DNA from: Mobula hypostoma
Taxonomy: Eukaryota
Assembly (NCBI RefSeq): GCF_963921235.1
Contig: NC_086097.1
Coordinates: 79,672,001-79,736,000 of the forward strand
Reading direction: 5' to 3'
DNA: 64,000 bases
The translations under genes were made by a program, and so were the position numbers. The notes under the pieces are model-generated. The model saw nothing but the letters and a program-made list of their open reading frames with translations. It had not been told where the DNA came from and searched no databases. The first letter of the stretch is position 1. Each line of letters starts with the position of its first letter. Below are positions 28,168 through 41,496 of this stretch, piece after piece.

Positions 28168-29165
28168 TCACTGGGGGGGACGAATGGACGATATATTATT
28201 CTCCGTAACTTCCGCCACCTCCAACGGGATCCCACCACTAAGCACATCTTTCCCTCCCCCCCCCCGCTTTCCGCAGGGATCGCTCCCTACGCGACTCCCT
28301 TGTCCATTCGTCCCCCCCATCCCTCCCCACTGATCTCCCTCCTGGCACTTATCCTTGTAAGCGGAACAAGGGCTACACATGCCCTTACACTTCCTCCCTT
28401 ACCACCATTCAGGGCCCCAGACAGTCCTTCCAGGTGAGGCGACACTTCACCTGTGAGTCGGCTGGGGTGATATACTGCGTCGGGTGCTCCCGATGTGGCC
28501 TTCTATATATTGGCGAGACCCGACGCAGACTGGGAGATCATTTTGCTGAACACCTATGCTCTGTCCGCCAGAGAAAGCAGGATCTCCCAGTGGTCACACA
28601 TTTTAATTCCACATCTCATTCCCATTCTGATATGTCTATCCATGGCCTCCTCTACTGTAAAGATGAAGCCACACTCAGGTTGGAGGAACAACACCTTCTA
28701 TTCCATCTGGGTAGCCTCCAACCTGATGGCATGAACATTGACTTCTCTAACTTCCGCTAATGCCCCACCTCCCCCTCGTACCCCATCCGTTATTTATTCA
28801 TATACACACATTCTTTCTCTCTCTCTCCTTTTTCTCCCTCTGTCCCTCTGACTATACCCCTTGCCCATGCTCTGGGTTTTTCCCCCCCTCCCCCTTTTCC
28901 TTCTCCCTGGGCCTCCTGTCCCATGATCCTCTCATATCCCTTTTGCCAATCACCCGTCCAGCTCTTGGCTCCATCCCCCCCCCCCCCCCCCCGTCTTCTC
29001 CTATCATTTTGGATCTCCCCCTCCCCCTCCCACTTTCAAATCTCTTACTAGCTCTTCCTTCAGTTAGTCCTGACGAAGGGTCTCGGCCCGAAACGTTGAC
29101 TGTACCTCTTCCTAGAGATGCTGCCTGGCCTGCTGCGTTCACCAGCAACTTTGATGTGTGTTGTA
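28168..29165 (+). mobile_element. Penelope-like element 3' part: GIY-YIG endonuclease plus pLTR with a hammerhead motif
   Basis: ORF 28434..28760 reads FTC...VIYC..C..C...YIGET.RRL..HF.EH (GIY-YIG). It is followed by a pyrimidine-rich tract and CTGACGA...GAAAC. Confidence 0.9.
29066..29101 (+). ncRNA. Minimal type I hammerhead ribozyme of the Penelope-like element
   Basis: AGTC-CTGACGA-AGGGtctcggCCC-GAAA-CGTT-GACT: intact CUGANGA and GAAA core boxes, stem I AGTC/GACT, stem II GGG/CCC, palindromic AACGTT. Confidence 0.75.
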
Positions 29166-30283
29166 TGTCTGTTAGTGCCCGCAGCTGGCTTCTTTCTTAG
29201 TGTCAGTGACCACTAACATGAGAATACCCGTTAATGACTGAATGTCTATTCCATCACTTTGAGAGCCAGGTTGATGGATTCTTTCTTAGTGTCTGTCAAA
29301 CTGGCTTGATGGATACTTTTTCGGATTCGGGCTTATTGCTTATGTAATGTTCTGGTTAAAATTTCTACTGCTATGCTGTGAGGTATTTTTATTTTAGCAG
29401 TTTTCTGCAAAAGCAATGTTAGTAATAGTGTTTTGGCTTAAGCTAAAGATAAGGAACCATGTTGTCCACCTTAGAAATGTTGTTTCAGCTGATTGAAACT
29501 GACTGCCCAGTGAAAGATTCGGGAGAGCTGGGCGAGATCAAATTTTTGAAGGACGGTAGTTTGTTTTGGGGTCTTTTGGTGGACACTGCTGAGCAGGGTA
29601 CAAGGGAAGATGCCACAGAATGCCATTTGAAGGCGAACCCCATTGTAAGAAGTGCTTTGTGCAGATGAATGGCTCCAAGGGGGAAGTGCTAATACTCCTG
29701 AGAGAGCTGCTGCATTCGAGGGAGGTTCGAACTGTGGTTGGTGTCCTTCACAGAATGTGGGTTCAGTGTGTGAGTAAAGTGATACACCTGACTTCTCCAG
29801 AAATGAGCTCCAATGTTTACGTGCATATTGGACTGGTTTAACTGTAATGGGCCCTTTTATTTTTCTTTTCTTATTTCTGTAACTGTAAATTTGATAGATA
29901 CATTTCTTTATAATTTTATACCAGCGTACAATCTGTTAATTTTCTGGCCAATGATAATGTTGCATGGACCAGTATTTACTAAGCATTCACTACAATCAAT
30001 GTTCCTTAATCGGAACATCCCAACTTTCCTGTTTCATTGAATTCCAAATCATTCTGACCCTAGACATATATTGTTTATGAACAGTGGCCTTCTCACCGCT
30101 GAGTCACATGGCTATTAGCTAATGTGTCAGACTTGTATACGAACCTGGTGAGAGGGTTACACTTACTACATATGTAATATTAATACTCTTTTTCAACTAA
30201 AGGAATGTTAGGTCCAAAATATTGGTGGAATGATGGGTAAGGAGTGACTATTAAAGTGTCTGATTGATTTATAAGGATATAAA

Positions 30284-31390
30284 TTGCACTCCGTTTTCAA
30301 AGAAAGGGGCTTTCCTTCCTCCACCATCAATGCTGCCCTCAACCACAGTTCTTCCATTTTACGCATGTCTGCTCTTACTACAGCTTCCTGCCACCCTGCC
30401 AGGGATAGGGTTCCTTTTGTCCTCACCTACCACCCCATCAGCCTCCATCTCCAGCAAATAATTCTCCAAAACTTCTGCCACCTCCAACCGGATCCCACCA
30501 CCAAGCACATCTTTCCCTCTCCCCCATTTTCTGCTTTTCACAGGGATCACTTCCTATGCAATTCCCTTGTCCATTCATCCCTCCCCACAGATCTCCCTCC
30601 TGGCACTTATCCTTGCAAGCAGAACAAGTGCTACGTCTACCCCTATACCTCCTCCCTCACTACCATTCAGGGCCCAAAACAGTCCTTCCAAGTGAGGCAA
30701 CACTTCACCTGTGAGTCTGTTGGGGTTATTTACTGTGCTCAGTTCTCCAGGTGTGGTGTGGTCTGTATATCAGCGAAACCCGACATAGATTGGGAGGTCG
30801 CTTCGCTGAGCATCTACGCTTTGTCTGCTAGAACAAATGGACCTCCCAGTGGCCGCCCATTTTAATTTCACTTTCCATTCACATTCCGATATGTCCATCC
30901 ATGGCCTCCTCCACTATTGTGATGAGGCCACACTTAGGTTGGAGGAACAACACCTTATATACCACTTGGGTGGCCTTCAACCTGATGGCATGAACACTGA
31001 TTCTTAAACTTCTGGTAATGCCCCCCACACCTCCTTCACCATACCCTTTTCCCTCTCTCATCACGTCTCCTTGCCTGCCTACCGCCTCCCTCTGGTGCTC
31101 CCCACCTTTTTCTTTCTTCCATGGCCTTCTGTCTCTTTTACCAGTCAACTCCCCAGCTCTTTACTTCACCCCTCACCCTCCAGGTTTCACCTATCACCGG
31201 TGTTTCTCTCTTTCCTCCCCCCACCTTTTAAATGTACTCCTCAGCTTTTTTTTCCTCCAGTCCTGCTGAAGGGTTTCAGCCCGAAATGCCAACTGTATAT
31301 TTTTCCGTAGGTGCTGCCTGGCCTGCTGAGTTCCTCCAGCACTTTGTGTGTGTTGCTCGGATTTCCAGCATGCGCAGATTTTCTCTCGTA
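30284..31390 (+). mobile_element. Older Penelope-like element 3' part
   Basis: ORF 30284..30865 reads RVPFVLTYHP...FTCESVGVIYC and is homologous to the 28168 copy. The hammerhead at 31258-31295 is degenerate (CTGCTGA). Confidence 0.85.
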
Positions 31391-31816
31391 TATGATTTTG
31401 ATTATTCTATTTAATATTTTTGTAAATCGTTCTCCCCTAAGAACAAGTTTGGCTTCACCAATCCTTCTGCTAGCTCCAAACAATGAACCACATTCAGTTA
31501 GAATATGAGTACATCTCTTCTGCAACATCTCCAAGAATTGAAATAATCTAAAACATGAGATTAAGAACAGAAACCAGAGTATACTGCATAGTCCTATGCA
31601 TTTACTCTAATATTCAGTAAGATCATGGTTGATCTTATACCTCAATTCATTTTTATCATCCTATTCCTGTGTCCTTAACATCTTAAAGGAGATGCAGGAC
31701 ATAGGTTTGTTAATTTATTCCTCTCGAGTTCCTGATTTTACTTGTCTTGTTTAATGGTTGATCAGATACTGAAATTTTTACGAAACGTGAATGGAAATTT
31801 GAGATCTCAAATCTAC

Positions 31817-34010
31817 ATAAGACATACCTCAGAGCAGAATTAGGCTATTTGGCCCATTGAGTCTGCTCTGCCATTCTACCATGGCTGACTTATTATCCCC
31901 TTCAACCCATTTCTTCTGTCTTCCCATAATCTTTGATGCCCTGACAAATCCAGAACCTATCAACCTCGGATTCAAATATACTCAATGAATTGGCCTCCAC
32001 AGCCAACCATGGTAATAAATTCCACAGGTTCACCACCTACTGTGTAAAGAAAATTTCTCCTCACCACTGTTCTAAATGGACACCCCTCTATTTGGAGGCT
32101 GTGACCTCTGGTCCTAGACTCTCCCACTATCAGAAACATCCTTTCCACATCGGCCTTTCAATATTTGATAAATTCCAATGAGACCCCCCCTCCCACCTTC
32201 ATTCTTCTAAACTCCAGCGAGTAAAGGCTCAGAGCCATCAAATGCTCCTCACATGTTAACCCTTTCATTCCTGGAATCATTCTCGATCAACCTCCTCTGG
32301 ACGCTCTCTCAACGTCAGCAATCTTAGATAAGGGGGCCCAAGACTGTTCACAATTCTCCATGTGTGATCTGACCAATGTCTTATGAAGTCTCAGCAATGC
32401 CCTCTTGCTCTTATATTAATACCATTAGACATAGGAGCAGAATTAGGCCATTCGGTCCATTGAGTCTGCTCCACCATTCCATCATGGCTGATTTGGATCC
32501 CACTTAACCCTATACGCCTGCCTTCTCGCCCTGACCAATCAGGAAACTATCAATTTTCACTTTAACCTCGGCCTCCACAGCTGTCTGTGGCAGAGGTTCA
32601 CTACTCTCTGGCTAAAGTATTCCTCCTTACTTCTGTTCTAAAGGGTTGCCCTTCAATTCTGAGGCTGTGCCCTCTGGTTCTGGACACTCCCACCGTAGGA
32701 AACATCCTCTCCACATCTATCTTACCTAGTCCTTTCAACACTCAGTAGATTTCAATGAGATCCCCCCGTAATCTTCTAAATTCCAGTGAGTACAGGCCCA
32801 AAGCTGCCAAATGCTTCTCATATGTAAACGCCTTCATTCCCAGAATCATCCTTGTGAACCTCCTCTGGACTCTCTCCAATGACAACACATCATTTCTAAG
32901 ATATGGGCCCAAAACTGTTGATAATACTCCAAGTGCGGCCTGATTAGCAGCTTATAAAGCCTCAGCATTATCTCCTTGCTTTTATATTCTATTCCCGTTG
33001 AAATGAATGCTAACATTGCATTTGCCTTCTTTACCACAGACTCAACCCGTAAATTAACCTTCTGGGAATCTTGCACGAGGATTCCTAAGTCCCTTTACAC
33101 CTCTGATATTTGAACTTTCTCCCCATTTAGGTAATAGTCTGCACATTTGTTCCTTTTATCAAAATGCATTATCATACATTTCCCAACCTGTATTCCGCCT
33201 ACCACTTTTTTGCACATTCTTCCAATTTGTCTTTGTCCTTCTGCAATCACATTGCTTCCTCAGCACCACCTACCCCTCCACCTATCATCGCATCATCTGC
33301 AAATTTTGCCATAAGGCCAACAATTCCATTATCTAAATCACTGAAAAACAATGTGAAAAGTAGCAGTCCCAATACTGACCCCCTGAGAAACACATCTAGT
33401 TACTGGCAGCTAAACAGAAATGGCCCCTTTTATTCCCATTCACTGCCACCTGCCTGTCAGTTATTCTGCTATCCATGCTAGTATCTTTCCTGTAATGCCA
33501 TGGGATTTTATCTTGTTAAACAGCCACATGTGTAGCACCTTATCAAAAGCCTTCTGAAAATCCAAGTAAATGATATTTACTGCCTCTCTTTTGTCCACAC
33601 TGCTTGTTATTTCCTTGAAGAACTCTAAGAGATTTGTCAAGCAAGATTTTCCTAGACAGAAATCATGCTGACTTTGACTTATTTTATCATTAGTCTCCAA
33701 GTACCCAAGTATTGTAATCCCCTTGAAATGAATGCTAATATTGCATTTACCTTCCTTACCACTGACCCAACCTGAAAATTAACCTTTAGGGAATCCTGCA
33801 CAAGGACTCCCAAGTTGTTTCGCTCTTCTGATTTAGAATTTTCTCCCCATGTAGAAAATAATCTTATTCTTTCTACCAAAGTGTATGACCATATACTTCC
33901 CTCCACTGTATTCCATCTTCCACTTCTTTGCCCATTCTCCAAATTTGTCTAAGTCCTTCTGCAGACTTCTGGCTTCCTCAACACTACCTGCCCTTCCACC
34001 TATCTTCACA
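31817..34010 (-). mobile_element. Stack of CR1 LINE 3' fragments (at least three pieces)
   Basis: VKKANAMLAFI and KSCLTNLLEFF..YLDFQKAFDKV motifs. Separate 3' tails at about 31817 and 32422. Confidence 0.85.
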
Positions 34011-34153
34011 TTGTGATAGCCTCAGTTTTCTGACAACGTCAAATAATTTCCATATAAGTAAGCAGATTTTACTACCTGGTTTAACTACAATGTCTTACTC
34101 AAACATTATAGTTATCTGTTTACAATTAAATTACAAAACACGTTTTACTAAAT

Positions 34154-34985
34154 AGAATCAGAATCAGGTTTATTATCACCAGTATATACCGTGAAATTTG
34201 TTAACTTAGCTGCAGCACTTCAATGCAATACACAATATAGAAGAAAAAAAACAATAAAAATAAATAAATTAATTACAGTATATGTATATTGAATAGATTA
34301 AAATAGTGCAAAAACAGAAATAATATATATTGAAAAAGCTAGGTAGTGTTCATGGGTTCAATGTCCATTTGGGAATCAGATGGCAGAGGGGAAGAAGCTG
34401 TTCCTGAATTGCTGAGTGTGTGCCTTCAGGCTTCTGTACCTCCTACCTGATGGTAACAGTGAGAAAAGGGCATGCCCTGGGTGCTGGGGGTCCTTAATAA
34501 TGCCTCTGAGACACCGCTCCTTGAAGGCGTCCTGGGTATTTTGTAGGCTAGTACCCAAGATGGAGCCGACAAAATTTACAATCCTCTGCAGCTTCTTTCA
34601 GTCCTGTGCAGTAGCCCCCCCCCCAGCCCCCCCTGCATACCAGAGAATGATGCAGCCTGTCAGAATGCTCTCCATGGTACATCTATTGAAGTTTGAGTGT
34701 ATTTGTTGACATACCAAATCTTTTCAAATTCCTAATGAAGTATAGTCACTGTCTTGCCTCCTCTATAGCTGCATCGATATGTTGGGACCAGGTTACGTCC
34801 TCAGAGATCTTGACACACAGGAACTTGAAACTGCTCACTCTCTCCACTTCTGATTCCTCTATGAGGATTGATAGGTGTTCCTTTGTCTTACCCTTCCTGA
34901 AGTCCACAATCAGCTCTTTTGTCTTACTGACGTTGAGTGTAAGCTTGTTGCTGCGACACCACTCCACTAGTTGGTATATCTTTCA
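34154..34985 (-). mobile_element. Rex1/Babar-like LINE 3' fragment
   Basis: WC..N.LTLNVSKTKELIVDFRK and HPGHALFSLLPSGRRYRSL motifs, with a (GATTCT)n tail. Confidence 0.85.
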
Positions 34986-37900
34986 TTATTAAAATAAAAC
35001 TGCTAGAGAACCACTTTTTCACTAACGCAAACAGGTGGACTCCTTCCTCCCACCCACCTTCACCTCAAGTACATGAGATTCAGGCTGAAATATCATATTT
35101 AAAAATATTAATAAGAAAAGCATTGGAAAATCAATAGAGCTTGCGACTGGAATTAAGAAGTCTGGAATCACATTGATTATTTTGAATTGAAATATTAATC
35201 ACTTGAAAGAATGTGCAATATCTCAGAGCTTAAGATAGTTACTTACATGCAAATATAAAAATCAAAAATTTGTCATCAGATGAAGATTTGCAAGGCATTA
35301 TGTAGTGTTATACATTGTGTGCAGTAATGGGGAAAAGATGAAGTCTTTCATTCTGTTTCTCAGATGAAGCCTTCTTTTTCAGCATTCTACTAAAATCCTC
35401 AGGAACATGACATCTCTCTCTGGTAAGATTTTTTTTATGAAGGTTACAATGAAATGATCAATGTAAAGAATGAAAATACCCTGATAGCTCTGAATCAATA
35501 CTAATCAAAAATCTGTTTTGGAAATCAGAGATTTAATCAGATGTCTTCAGATTTTTCTTGGATCATTAATCCCACTGCCAATAGAACTCTAATCAATCTC
35601 TGATTTAATTTACGTTAATGATCTTCATTATGCCATCAGTGAGTCACCAACTTAATCAAGGCTTAGAAAGATCAGCGGTAAATACATCTATAGGGAGCAG
35701 AAGAATTAATTCTGTTAGCAATTCTTAATTGACTTTCAAAGTACATTTTTCACCCACAACTGCTCACTGCCTGTCAAGTTTTTGATAATTCCACTGAGGC
35801 AGACATTAGGAAAAATATGTCACCAAATTGCTGCTACTTTATTCTCACTGCTCCGCCAATGATACAATGTATTTTCTCTGGTATGGAGTATTACAATAAA
35901 ACCAATAAGGAAAACACTGAAACAAGGGGATTGAGATGTGTTATTACTGTGATGGGAATGTGCACTGATAATTCAACATCAAACATTCTTTCATAAATAG
36001 ACAAAGAAGTTGTTTTGACTTCTTTGAATCATTTAATTGGATAGAAAATGAATGCAACGGAAATCCAAAGCTAAAAATTTATCTTTGTAAAAATAGCATT
36101 TGATCTGGAAATGAACTATATTTGTCAATCAAATGTGGAAAATGACCTTTTAAAACTCTCAGCCAGAAAGGACCATTCCTTTCGCCCCATCTTCAGAAAG
36201 ATATACTTCTCTCCCAAGTTTGTCGTCAGCTCTGGACAAACAAGCAAAATCAAACTGCTATTTTGTAATCCTCCAAAGTATTGAAAAAAATTCTCAAAGG
36301 TCGACATTTTTGGTTAAAAGTTGAAACTCAAAAAGACATAATATGATTAAACACATTGTTGCTGAATCATGTATGTCACCATTTAAGATGAATGAACTGT
36401 GTCAGTTCTATGTTCAAACTGCATTTTTATATTAAATCAGACTATCCCACTATTTTGCCATCCACCTGAAGGATCAGCGCTCTTTTTCAGTGTTATAAAT
36501 TGTTAATCACAATTCACTCAAGATTAGTGTTCTCTCAATTTCAAGCTACAGCAATATAAAAGGTTGACTGGAGCAGAGGGAATTCAGTATACATTTAAGC
36601 AGTGCAACCAAATAATGATAAAAAGAAAACTGAATTCTGGTTTGGAATTTGAAGTTATAGGACACAGGTATTGGGGTGGGGGGGGTTGCGTGGGAGGTGA
36701 TATGAAATGTGTACATAATTTAACTCTAGTCTTGATGAGTTGTGGAAAGGCATTTTAACAAAAGGCAGATTTTATTAGAAATGTTCTTCTAAAAACCCAT
36801 GGAGTGAAAGGTGAAGAATGTAAAATAAACGTAAAGATACAGTTAATCAAATATGAACAGAAAAAGCAGCAGAATAAATTTGTAGAAAAATTGCAAAGCT
36901 TTAAGGTCATAAGAGAACAATAATGTGTGTATGCGTGCGTGTGCGTGCATGTGCATATATACCACAACTTTAATGAATGGCAAACATTTGCTTGATCTTT
37001 GACAGTGGTGGTATGGGAAGTGTGGGGACGAGGAACATCAGGTGAAAAGCAATCAACAAGAAAAAAAGGACTGCAAAATGGCAAGCTGGTTGTGGGAGAG
37101 TTGGTTGTCATTGGGTTATTTCAAACAGCAGCTCTTGAAAATTGTGTAGCATAAATAAGAGAGTAGTAAAAACATGCTTTTATTCACTCAAAAGTAAACC
37201 AGAAATTTATGGCTGGGTTAAAATTCTATTAATGATTATTTATTCATTCATTTTCTTTGGCAAATCTGTTTATTTTTGCTCATCCCTTATTACAACCTTC
37301 TTGAACTGATTTAGACCAAGTGATGATAGAGATTTGGCAATATACAATATTTCCAAATCAGAATTGTGTGCAACTAGGAAGGGAACATGCAGGCAGTGTA
37401 TTTCTATATATTTACTCTCCTTGCTATTCTTGGTAGGTTTGGGAGGTGCTGATGCAGTAACACAGATGAGTGACCGCAGTGAAATTTGCAGATGGCATAC
37501 ATGGCAGTTACAGTAGCATTACGGTAAAAGTAATGGATGTTCAGGAAAGTGGAAGGGATGCCAGTTAAGAATACTGCATTGCCTTGGATACTGACAAACG
37601 TCTTGAGTGTTGCTGGGGCTTCAAGTGGCAAGTATTTCATCCTGACCTGTCCCTTGTAGATGGCGGTAAGGGTTTTTTTTGTCAGGAAATCAATCACACC
37701 GTAAGGTACCCAGCTTCTGACCAGCTCTTCTTGCCACAGTATTTAACTTGCTGGTTCAGGTGAGTTTTACATCTATTGTACTAGTTAACGTCAAGAATAA
37801 ATAGAGATGGCAAATGCCTGATACTGCATCCCAAAGTGGACCCCTACAAAACATTGCTCATCATACTTTTCCATAAATGAAAAAGTTTTTCTTTTTATCT

Positions 37901-38456
37901 CATTCTTGAAGATTTACCCTCCTCTGTGATGAGCTGCCTCAAAACTCCAGTAATTTGGGTCTGATTGTAACCTTGGATGCTTTACTCCTATTGTGTGTGA
38001 TGATGGGGGGAGGGGTGGTTGAGAGGGTATTTGTTGAGTACATGAGAAAGAATAGATTACAGGAAATAAATGGGGGAACTGGATTAATGAAAATCCTCTG
38101 AGAGCTGGCATGGACTCAATAGGCTGAATGGCCTTTATGACAAAGTAAGAGTAATCATGTTGTTACCCACATGACCAGCTTTACCTAAATTTTGTGCACC
38201 AGGACCTTCACTACTAGCCTCCTAATTGCTACCTTGTCAAATACCTCACCATTTTCCTTCTTTTACTGTTTGCTGCTTTCATAAAGAATTTCATAACCTC
38301 TTTCTGTGAAATTGGTATTCATGATATGATGATGTTGGAATAATAAGATAAAGAAAATAAAAGGTGTATTAAAAGCATTATTTTATGAATGAGACCCAGA
38401 ATAATCAAAAACTTCAGCAAGTATTATTACTGGCATACTTATTCGGAAATACTCAC

Positions 38457-38549
38457 CTCTGGAGTTACATCTCTTGGGGCAAACCCAGTTCCCCCAGTGG
38501 TTAAAATAAGATTCAATTCCTTATCATCACACCATTCTATGAGTGTTTC
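38457..38549 (-). CDS. gphn: Gephyrin coding exon (G/MogA-like domain), 93 nt, [31 protein letters not shown]
   Basis: Manual translation gives the MogA-family TTGGTG..RDVTPE motif. Acceptor ttttctAG and donor GTgagt; phase 0/0. Confidence 0.97.
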
Positions 38550-38624
38550 CTAGAAAATAACATACAATAATATAAGTCAATGTAAGGTAGTTTTGATTGG
38601 AAGCAAAACAAAATCATGATAAAG

Positions 38625-38641
38625 CACGCGCGTGTGTGTAT

Positions 38642-38685
<44 letters not shown>

Positions 38686-38697
38686 GCACACACACAC
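38625..38697. repeat. (CA)n microsatellite
   Basis: Direct inspection. Confidence 0.95.
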
Positions 38698-39257
38698 TAA
38701 TTTAGAAGTCCAACAAAACAAACTTCCTTTGTATCAGCTGATGAGAAAATGATCAAAATGTCAATGGTTAGTTATATGTGTTATAACTCCCAGATGTAGG
38801 ACTATTAAGCATCACTCACAGTCCTACATTAGGTTATGCCAGAACTTCAAGTTCCTGTGGATTGTAAATGTTTCTTCCAACTGTTGTCACTATTATTGAG
38901 AATGGATGTGAAGAGATACAAATGAGTCTGGAATTTGAGTTCATATTTAATAGAAAATAATTCCTGTTTGCCAAAGTTGTACTAACAATGCATTTAAAAA
39001 CTATTTTAAAAGTGAGCTTCTGAAGTTGTTATGCAAATCACACCATATCTTTATGGATTTAGTTAATAGGTCACAATTCTTTGATTAAACAACAGTCATG
39101 CCATTTACATGTAACTCTTTTCACATTCAGATCTTTGACTTCAATTTCACCTAATGTGCATTGTCCAAGAATCACATTTTGCTTTGCTCCCTTATGCAAC
39201 ATCACAAAGGATATTGATCTCAATGGTAGTATATGAAAAGGAATAATACAGAATATA

Positions 39258-40877
39258 CAGTGGTGTGCAAAAGTTTGGGCACCCTTGGTCAAAATTTCTG
39301 TTACTGTGAATAGCTAAGCAAGTAAAAGATGAACTGATTTCCAAAAGGCATTAAGTTAAAGATGACACATTTCTTTAATATTTTAAGCAAGATTACTTTT
39401 TTTAGTTCCATCTTTTACAGTTTCAAAATAACAAAAAAGGAAAAGGGCCTGAAGCAAAACTTTGGGCACCCTGCATGGTCAGTACTTAGTAACACCCCCT
39501 TTGGCAAGTATCACAGCTTGTAAATGCTTTTTGTAGCCAGCTAAGAGTCTTTCAATTCTTGTTTGGGGGATTTTCGTCCATTCTTCCTTGCAAAAGTCTT
39601 CTAGTTCTGTGAGGTTCTGGGGCCATCTTGCATGCATTGCTTTTTAAGGTCTATCCACAGATTTTCAATGATGTTTAGGTTGGGGAACTGTGAGGGCCAT
39701 GGCAAAACCTTCAGCTTGTGCCTCTTGAGGTAGTCCATTAAGATTTTGAGATGTGTTTAGGATCATTATCCTGTTGTAGAAGCCATCCTCTTTTCATCTT
39801 CAGCGTTTTTACAGATGGTGTGATGTTTGTTTCCAGAATTTACTGGTATTTAATTGAATTCATTCTTCTCTCTACTAGTTAAATGTTCCCTGTGCCACTG
39901 GCTGCAACACAAGCCCAAAGCATAATCGGTCCACCCCCGTGCTTAACAGCTGGAGAGGTGTTCTTTTCATGAAATTCTGCACCTTTTTTCTCCAAACATA
40001 CCTTTGCTCATTGCGGCCAAAAAGTTCTATTTTAACTTCATCAGTCCACAGGACTTGTTTCCAAAATACAGCAGGCTTGTTTAGATGTTCCTTTCCAAAC
40101 TTCTGACGCTGGATTTTGTAATGAGGATGCAGGAAAGGTTTTCTTCTGATGACTCTTCCATGAAGGTCATATTTATGCAGGTGTCACTGCACAGTAGAAC
40201 AGTGCACCACCACTCCAGAGTCTGCTCAATCTTCCTGAAGGTCTTTTGCAGTCAAACAGGGGTTTTGATGTGCCTTTCTAGCAATCCCACTAGCAGTTCT
40301 CTCGGAAAGTTTTCTTGGTCTTCCAGACCTCAACTTGACCTCCACCGTTCCTGTTAATTGCCATTTCTTAATTACATTATGAACTGAGGAAACGGCTACC
40401 TGAAAACACTTGGCTATCTTCTTATAGCCTTCTTCTGCTTTGTGGGCATCATTTATTTTAATTTTCAGAGTGTTAGGCAGCTGCTGAGAGGAGCCCATGG
40501 CTGCCAATTGTTGGGACAAGGTTTGAGGAGTCAGGGTATTTATAAAGCTTTGAAATTTGCATCACCTGGCCTTTCCTAACGATGACTGTGAACAAGCCAT
40601 AGCTCTAACAAGCTAATTAACGTCTGAGACCTTGGTAAAAGTTACCTGAGAACTCAAATCTCTTGGAGTGCCCAAACTTTTGCATGGTGCTCCTTTCCTT
40701 TTTTTCACTCTAAAATTGTACAAAACAAAAATAATACACTAATCTTACTTAAAATGTTGAAAAGAATGTTTCATCTTTAACTTTACGACTTTTGGAGATC
40801 GGTTCATCTTCTACTCACTTAACTATTCACAGTAACAGAAATTTTGACAGGGGTGCCCAAACCTTTGCATGCCACTG
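39258..40877 (-). mobile_element. Full-length Tc1-family DNA transposon (IR/DR type), transposase pseudogenised
   Basis: Flanked by TA. CAGTG...CACTG long TIRs with an internal direct repeat (tttgggcaccc). Transposase fragment GYKKIAK...GRPRKLSERT on the minus strand. Confidence 0.95.
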
Positions 40878-41496
40878 TATCTCTACTGTAGTATTGCTTG
40901 GCAGGCTGCTACAGAACTCCATACTAAAACAGCAAAATATTATTGACACCTTACAATAATGGAATAGACAGTTGATCTCTCCCACTTTCTTTGATTATTT
41001 GTTTTGTAGTGAGGAAAATCATAACATCAACAAAAGCAGATTTCGACTACTGCTATGAGGTCAAGAAAAATACTGCTGTTACATGTCAACATTGACCCAA
41101 TATTCTATACGTCTATTTGTTTATGTGCTGCTGCATTTATTCCTTTATGATTGAGAATCTTGCTCAGCAAAAGAGATAATCATCTAACACATCTCCACAG
41201 TATTCTATGTGGGCATATTTTTTATCCACAGCTGTTGAGTTTGTTTTGGGAAAAGTGAGGATTGAAAGCTTTGTAAGACATTTTGTGTGCTGGCTTTGCC
41301 ATTATAAACAAAAAAAAAGATCTTTTGATATTCTACTAATTTCTTTGAACAGCAAGCAAGCAATCTTAAAGGACCTCATGATCTACAGCTGCTCTTATCT
41401 CTTATGTCTGGTCATAAATTACAGCTCACCTCAGCAGATAAAGACATTTGAGATATGTTTGGCCATGTAGTATATTAGTTTAAGAAAGGCTTTCAA

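Noticed and set aside
28760..29200. Pro/Ser/Leu-rich 146-aa ORF, and similar ORFs at 31018-31310
   Set aside because: Translation of the pyrimidine-rich PLE terminal region; no coding signature.
36755..37111. Possible homologue of the mammalian G-domain C5/G2 cassette (PFC in the minus-strand ORF)
   Set aside because: Only a three-residue resemblance, with no suitable flanking splice sites.
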